Part shown: one piece after another, positions 60,535 through 64,000 of the stretch
Layout of the letters: each line of letters opens with the position of its first letter
How positions within the stretch are numbered: position 1 is the first letter of the stretch
Source of the DNA: Promethearchaeota archaeon
GTDB lineage: Archaea > Asgardarchaeota > Lokiarchaeia > Sigyniarchaeales > SOKP01
Assembly (NCBI GenBank): GCA_019058015.1
Contig: JAHLWH010000258.1
Location: 34,256 to 98,255, forward strand
Direction of reading: 5' to 3'
Length of the DNA stretch: 64,000 nt
Program-made: the position numbers and the translations under genes
The notes under the pieces: generated by a model
Databases searched by the model: none
Told to the model about the DNA's origin: nothing
Seen by the model: only the letters and a program-made list of their open reading frames with translations

Positions 60535-61854
60535 ATGAAAATTTGGTATGAATCATATTTTAAGGACCCAAAAAGAGAACCAGTATTAATTGATTATATT
60601 CGAACTTCTATTGGAAAAAGGCGAGGCAAAATTATTCGTTTAAGAGGAGATGATTTAGTCGTACATTGTTATCGAACATTATTGAAGCGAAATAAATTTG
60701 ATCAAACTCTTATTGATGATTCTATAGTTTCTTGCTGTTCCCAAATTGGCGAATGTGGCCTGGATATTGGAAGAAATGTTGCCTTAGCAGCTGGATTACC
60801 GGTAAAGGTTCCTGGTATGACAATTAATCGTCATTGCGCCTCAGGTTCTCAAGCAGTGCTCTCAGCTTGGCAAGCAATAGCTTCAGGTTATTGTGACTGT
60901 ATTCTAGCTGGTGGTGTTGAGGTTCAAAATAGATATCCAATCATGGAAGATCTTAAAATCTTTAAAGATGGAAAGGTTATCATGGCTAGTCTTCATAAAG
61001 ATATTGTACAGAATCCAGAAATAAAAGCAAGTGCAGAAAAATACAAACAAGGAATTCAAACACAAATCTCGGCAGCAGATCTGATGGGACGGATTTGGCA
61101 AGAAAAAGCAGGATTTACTCGAGAAAGAATGAGAGAAGAACTTGATAGAATTTCATTGGACTCACATAAGAAAGCGTGCGCAAATTACGATAGAAGGGGC
61201 AAAGAAATTGAACCAATATGGGCTCCTAAATTAGATGAGAATGGAGAACCAATTTATGATGAAAATGGAAATGTGGCACAAGATAGTAGCGCATCTGAAT
61301 TAGTTGAAAAAGATGAAGGTCCAAGACCTACCACTTCCTTTGAAATATTACAAAAATTAAATGTTTTAGGAAGTAAAAGGAAAGGTTTATTAACTGCGGG
61401 GAATAGTTGTCCAACTTCTGATGGAGCTGGAGCGCAGTTATGGATGTCAAGATACTTAGCGGAAGAATTAGGGTTTAAGCCTAGAGCCTCAATTGTTTCT
61501 TCTGCCGTGATTGGATGCGATGTGATTACAATGCTTGAAGGACCAATACATTCTATGCCAATAGCGTTAGAAAGAGCCGAAGCAACATTTGATGACATGG
61601 ATTTTATCGAAATTAATGAAGCTTTCTCAACAGTTGTTTTTGCATGTTGCCATGATCTAGGAATAGATTGGCGCGATGAGCGCTTTAATGTATGGGGTGG
61701 AGCCATTGCTCTTGGTCATCCTACAGGATTTACGGGTAATCGATTAATTGGTACTAATTTGCATCAACTAGAGCAATTTAATAAAACTTACGCGATAAGT
61801 TCAATGTGCGTTGGATTTGGAATGGGACAAGCCACGATTATAAAACGAGAATAA
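60535..61854 (+). CDS. Thiolase (second paralogue)
   Basis: NRHCASG, GGVE, TAGNS, EINEAF, GHPTG, MCVGFGMG. Confidence 0.93.
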   Translation: MKIWYESYFKDPKREPVLIDYIRTSIGKRRGKIIRLRGDDLVVHCYRTLLKRNKFDQTLIDDSIVSCCSQIGECGLDIGRNVALAAGLPVKVPGMTINRHCASGSQAVLSAWQAIASGYCDCILAGGVEVQNRYPIMEDLKIFKDGKVIMASLHKDIVQNPEIKASAEKYKQGIQTQISAADLMGRIWQEKAGFTRERMREELDRISLDSHKKACANYDRRGKEIEPIWAPKLDENGEPIYDENGNVAQDSSASELVEKDEGPRPTTSFEILQKLNVLGSKRKGLLTAGNSCPTSDGAGAQLWMSRYLAEELGFKPRASIVSSAVIGCDVITMLEGPIHSMPIALERAEATFDDMDFIEINEAFSTVVFACCHDLGIDWRDERFNVWGGAIALGHPTGFTGNRLIGTNLHQLEQFNKTYAISSMCVGFGMGQATIIKRE

Positions 61855-61968
61855 TCATTCTTAAATTTTTAAAAAGTTTTAATTTTTCTTTATTTTTTTT
61901 TACCTATTCATATAGCTATTAAAAAAAAAATAAATAAATTTTAAAAGTTTAATTCACTCAATTGAGAG

Positions 61969-64000
61969 CTATGATCTAGTTTTTGTTCTCTTATATTTAT
62001 TAAATATAAAGATAATCCCAATACTTCCGATTAATGAGATTATGAGCAATTCTAAAGGATATCCAGGAATCTCTAGACCACCATCAACATCACCATTTTC
62101 AGTTATTAAATACAGAATATTATCACAGACTGGCGTAGTTTCTCCATTTGTATTCCTAAATTTTACACAAATTGAATATTCAGTATTGTTTATAGAGCCT
62201 GCTAAATATAACTGTTTTGTTGTAACATATGTTTCCCAACTTGTCCATGTGCCAGTCGTTCCATTTCTAAAGCACATTTCTGTTGCTCCATCAGCTGAAA
62301 GCGTGAGAGTCACTAAAGTGGAATTAGTACTTGCATCTCCATTATTTATTTCTATTGATGGATTTGATGGAATAGTTAATATTAAATATAAAATGCTGTC
62401 ACTAACTGGCGTAGTTTCTCCATTTATATTCCTAAATTTTACATAAATTGTATATGATGTATTATTTGTAGAACCTGCTAAATATAACTGCTTTGTGGTG
62501 GCATATGGTTCCCAATTGGTCCATGTTCCGGTTGTCCCATTTCTAAAGCACATTTCAGTTGCTCCATCAGCCGAAAGTGTAAGCGTCACTAAAGTAGAAT
62601 TAGTACTTGCATCTCCATTATTTATACTTATTGATGGATTCAATGGCGGATTTAAATAGGTAAATATAACATTTGTATCAACAAAATCAAATGTATAATT
62701 ATTTAATGGTCCAGCTAAAAAGGTACCATTCAAGAGAATTCCCGTACTTTTTTCATACCAAGCAATTCCTCCAGCAACCGTTAAATCTTCTAATATCCAT
62801 ACTCCCACGAGTCCAAATCCAGGAAGGTCATAAACTAATTCACCTGTAATATTGAAGTTATGATCTCCATAAGGAATGACAATTGGAACAATATCATAGA
62901 GTAAAGCATTCGTGAAGATCCATGCTGGAGTATGATAACCATCACCTAAATACATTCCGATAGAATTTGACGTAACTCTTGTTTGTCGATTAACGTCCCA
63001 CGAGCCACTACCCATCCAATTATTCCAAGATACACTGAAAATATCACCTGAATCATAAGAATAAGAGAAATTCGATGGACCGCTCCCACTACCTGGCATT
63101 ATAAATGTATGGTTTATATACATCCCATCAAATAAAACTGATTTTATTTCCTTGACATATAGAATGCTATCAAAAATTGGGACCGTTTCTCCTATTATAT
63201 TTTGAAACTTTACATAAATTGTATATGCTGTGTTATTAGTAGAGCCCTCAAGGAATAATTGTTTTGTTGTACCATAAGGTTCCCAAGCTGTCCAAGCTCC
63301 CATCGTTCCATTTCTAAAACACATTTCCGAAGCTCCATCTGCCGATAGCGTCAGAGTCACTAAGGTATTATCTGTACTTATATCATCATTATTTATCACA
63401 ATATATGGATTCGCTGGTATGGCATTTGGTATAGCTTTAACTCCGTAATTTGAGAAATGATCAAGCTGGGCTTTTAATTCTCCAGTGCCAGTGTTAAATG
63501 TAGAAGTTATCTTAATCCATGTTCCAGTTCCAATATAATCAGCAAAAGTCCATAATTCGAAATCATAAATATTATAAATCGATGTATCAATTTCTATTGT
63601 AATATTAATCTTACCTGAAATTGCTCCTGAATCATTACAATAAATATCAAAATAAAATATCCCATCCTCTAATGAAACATTAGTCGGAGTAAAAGGTAAG
63701 GTTGCCCAGTACAACGCAATATCATCACCTGAATTGAAACTAACAGTTGTATTAAATGTTCCAACAGGGTCTAAATCAACACTATTAAGACCTGAAGTCA
63801 AAATAGTTATGTTCTTCCTAAATTTTGATGCTAAAAACTGCATTCCAGACACACTGAGTTTATAGAAAAACGATTTTAGAATTTTATCTGAAGTTAATGT
63901 TATATTTATAACGTTATCATTTGTAGAATTCCAAAGATGATATACATTTTCGCCAATTATCTCTTGATCGAAATATGGTGAATCGATATATATTCCAAGT
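61969..64000 (-). CDS. Large surface glycoprotein with Ig-like repeats and Loki-CTERM-like anchor (5' part outside the window)
   Basis: Frame is open to the window edge; many NxT/S sequons; C-terminus IPGYPLELLIISLIGSIGIIFIF-NKYKRTKTRS. Confidence 0.85.
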   Translation of the reverse strand, partial: LGIYIDSPYFDQEIIGENVYHLWNSTNDNVINITLTSDKILKSFFYKLSVSGMQFLASKFRKNITILTSGLNSVDLDPVGTFNTTVSFNSGDDIALYWATLPFTPTNVSLEDGIFYFDIYCNDSGAISGKINITIEIDTSIYNIYDFELWTFADYIGTGTWIKITSTFNTGTGELKAQLDHFSNYGVKAIPNAIPANPYIVINNDDISTDNTLVTLTLSADGASEMCFRNGTMGAWTAWEPYGTTKQLFLEGSTNNTAYTIYVKFQNIIGETVPIFDSILYVKEIKSVLFDGMYINHTFIMPGSGSGPSNFSYSYDSGDIFSVSWNNWMGSGSWDVNRQTRVTSNSIGMYLGDGYHTPAWIFTNALLYDIVPIVIPYGDHNFNITGELVYDLPGFGLVGVWILEDLTVAGGIAWYEKSTGILLNGTFLAGPLNNYTFDFVDTNVIFTYLNPPLNPSISINNGDASTNSTLVTLTLSADGATEMCFRNGTTGTWTNWEPYATTKQLYLAGSTNNTSYTIYVKFRNINGETTPVSDSILYLILTIPSNPSIEINNGDASTNSTLVTLTLSADGATEMCFRNGTTGTWTSWETYVTTKQLYLAGSINNTEYSICVKFRNTNGETTPVCDNILYLITENGDVDGGLEIPGYPLELLIISLIGSIGIIFIFNKYKRTKTRS
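62107..62646 (-). repeat. Tandem 276-bp (92-aa) intragenic repeat, with a third copy at about 63160-63420
   Basis: NPSI.INNGDASTNSTLVTLTLSADGATEMCFRNGTTGTWT.WE.Y.TTKQLYL repeated; the two adjacent copies are highly similar at DNA level. Confidence 0.9.

Noticed and set aside
41-62446. Many short ORFs in the track antisense to or nested in long genes (for example 41-226, 5044-5481, 26525-27112, 37328-37714, 61254-61706)
   Set aside because: They are shadows of well-supported genes on the opposite strand and have no motifs of their own.
1-64000. Selenoprotein or pyrrolysine recoding machinery
   Set aside because: No in-frame TGA at a catalytic Cys position, SECIS element or pyl gene was recognised; only the TAG at 26557-26559 is noted, and a CTG start explains it.

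Overview
This is a very AT-rich, gene-dense archaeal chromosome segment, most consistent with an Asgard archaeon of the Lokiarchaeia/Promethearchaeota type. That assignment is inferred from an IPGY+TM+basic Loki-CTERM-like tail, Rpn11-like JAMM proteins, a TPR/PCI-like protein, a PAC2 chaperone and the archaeal DSB-repair operon. Core content: nurA-herA-mre11-rad50, a class II ribonucleotide reductase with an ATP cone and a Gln-terminated LAGLIDADG intein, smc-scpB, two MoxR-type AAA ATPases (one coupled to an HExxH-vWA protein), fatty-acid/aldehyde metabolism genes (two thiolases, FadH-like, AcdA, AOR plus two beta-grasp proteins), housekeeping genes, tRNA-Ala(GGC) and a repeat-bearing surface protein. 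The strongest candidate for an undescribed system is a tandem pair of Rpn11/CSN5-like JAMM isopeptidases, each with a long coiled-coil tail (12246-15083), suggestive of a two-MPN heterodimer. Other signals the ORF track misses: an orphan tnpB 3'-end/reRNA-like remnant whose hairpin survives while the reading frame has a stop, a decayed second copy of the vWA gene 3' end bracketing a methyltransferase, an in-frame TAG-CTG junction between the AAA and vWA genes, two adjacent -1 frameshifted genes, a polytopic membrane protein with tandem winged-helix-like domains upstream of smc, and a perfect 12-bp inverted repeat framing a TATA box. All calls come from reading motifs by eye; no database searches were run.
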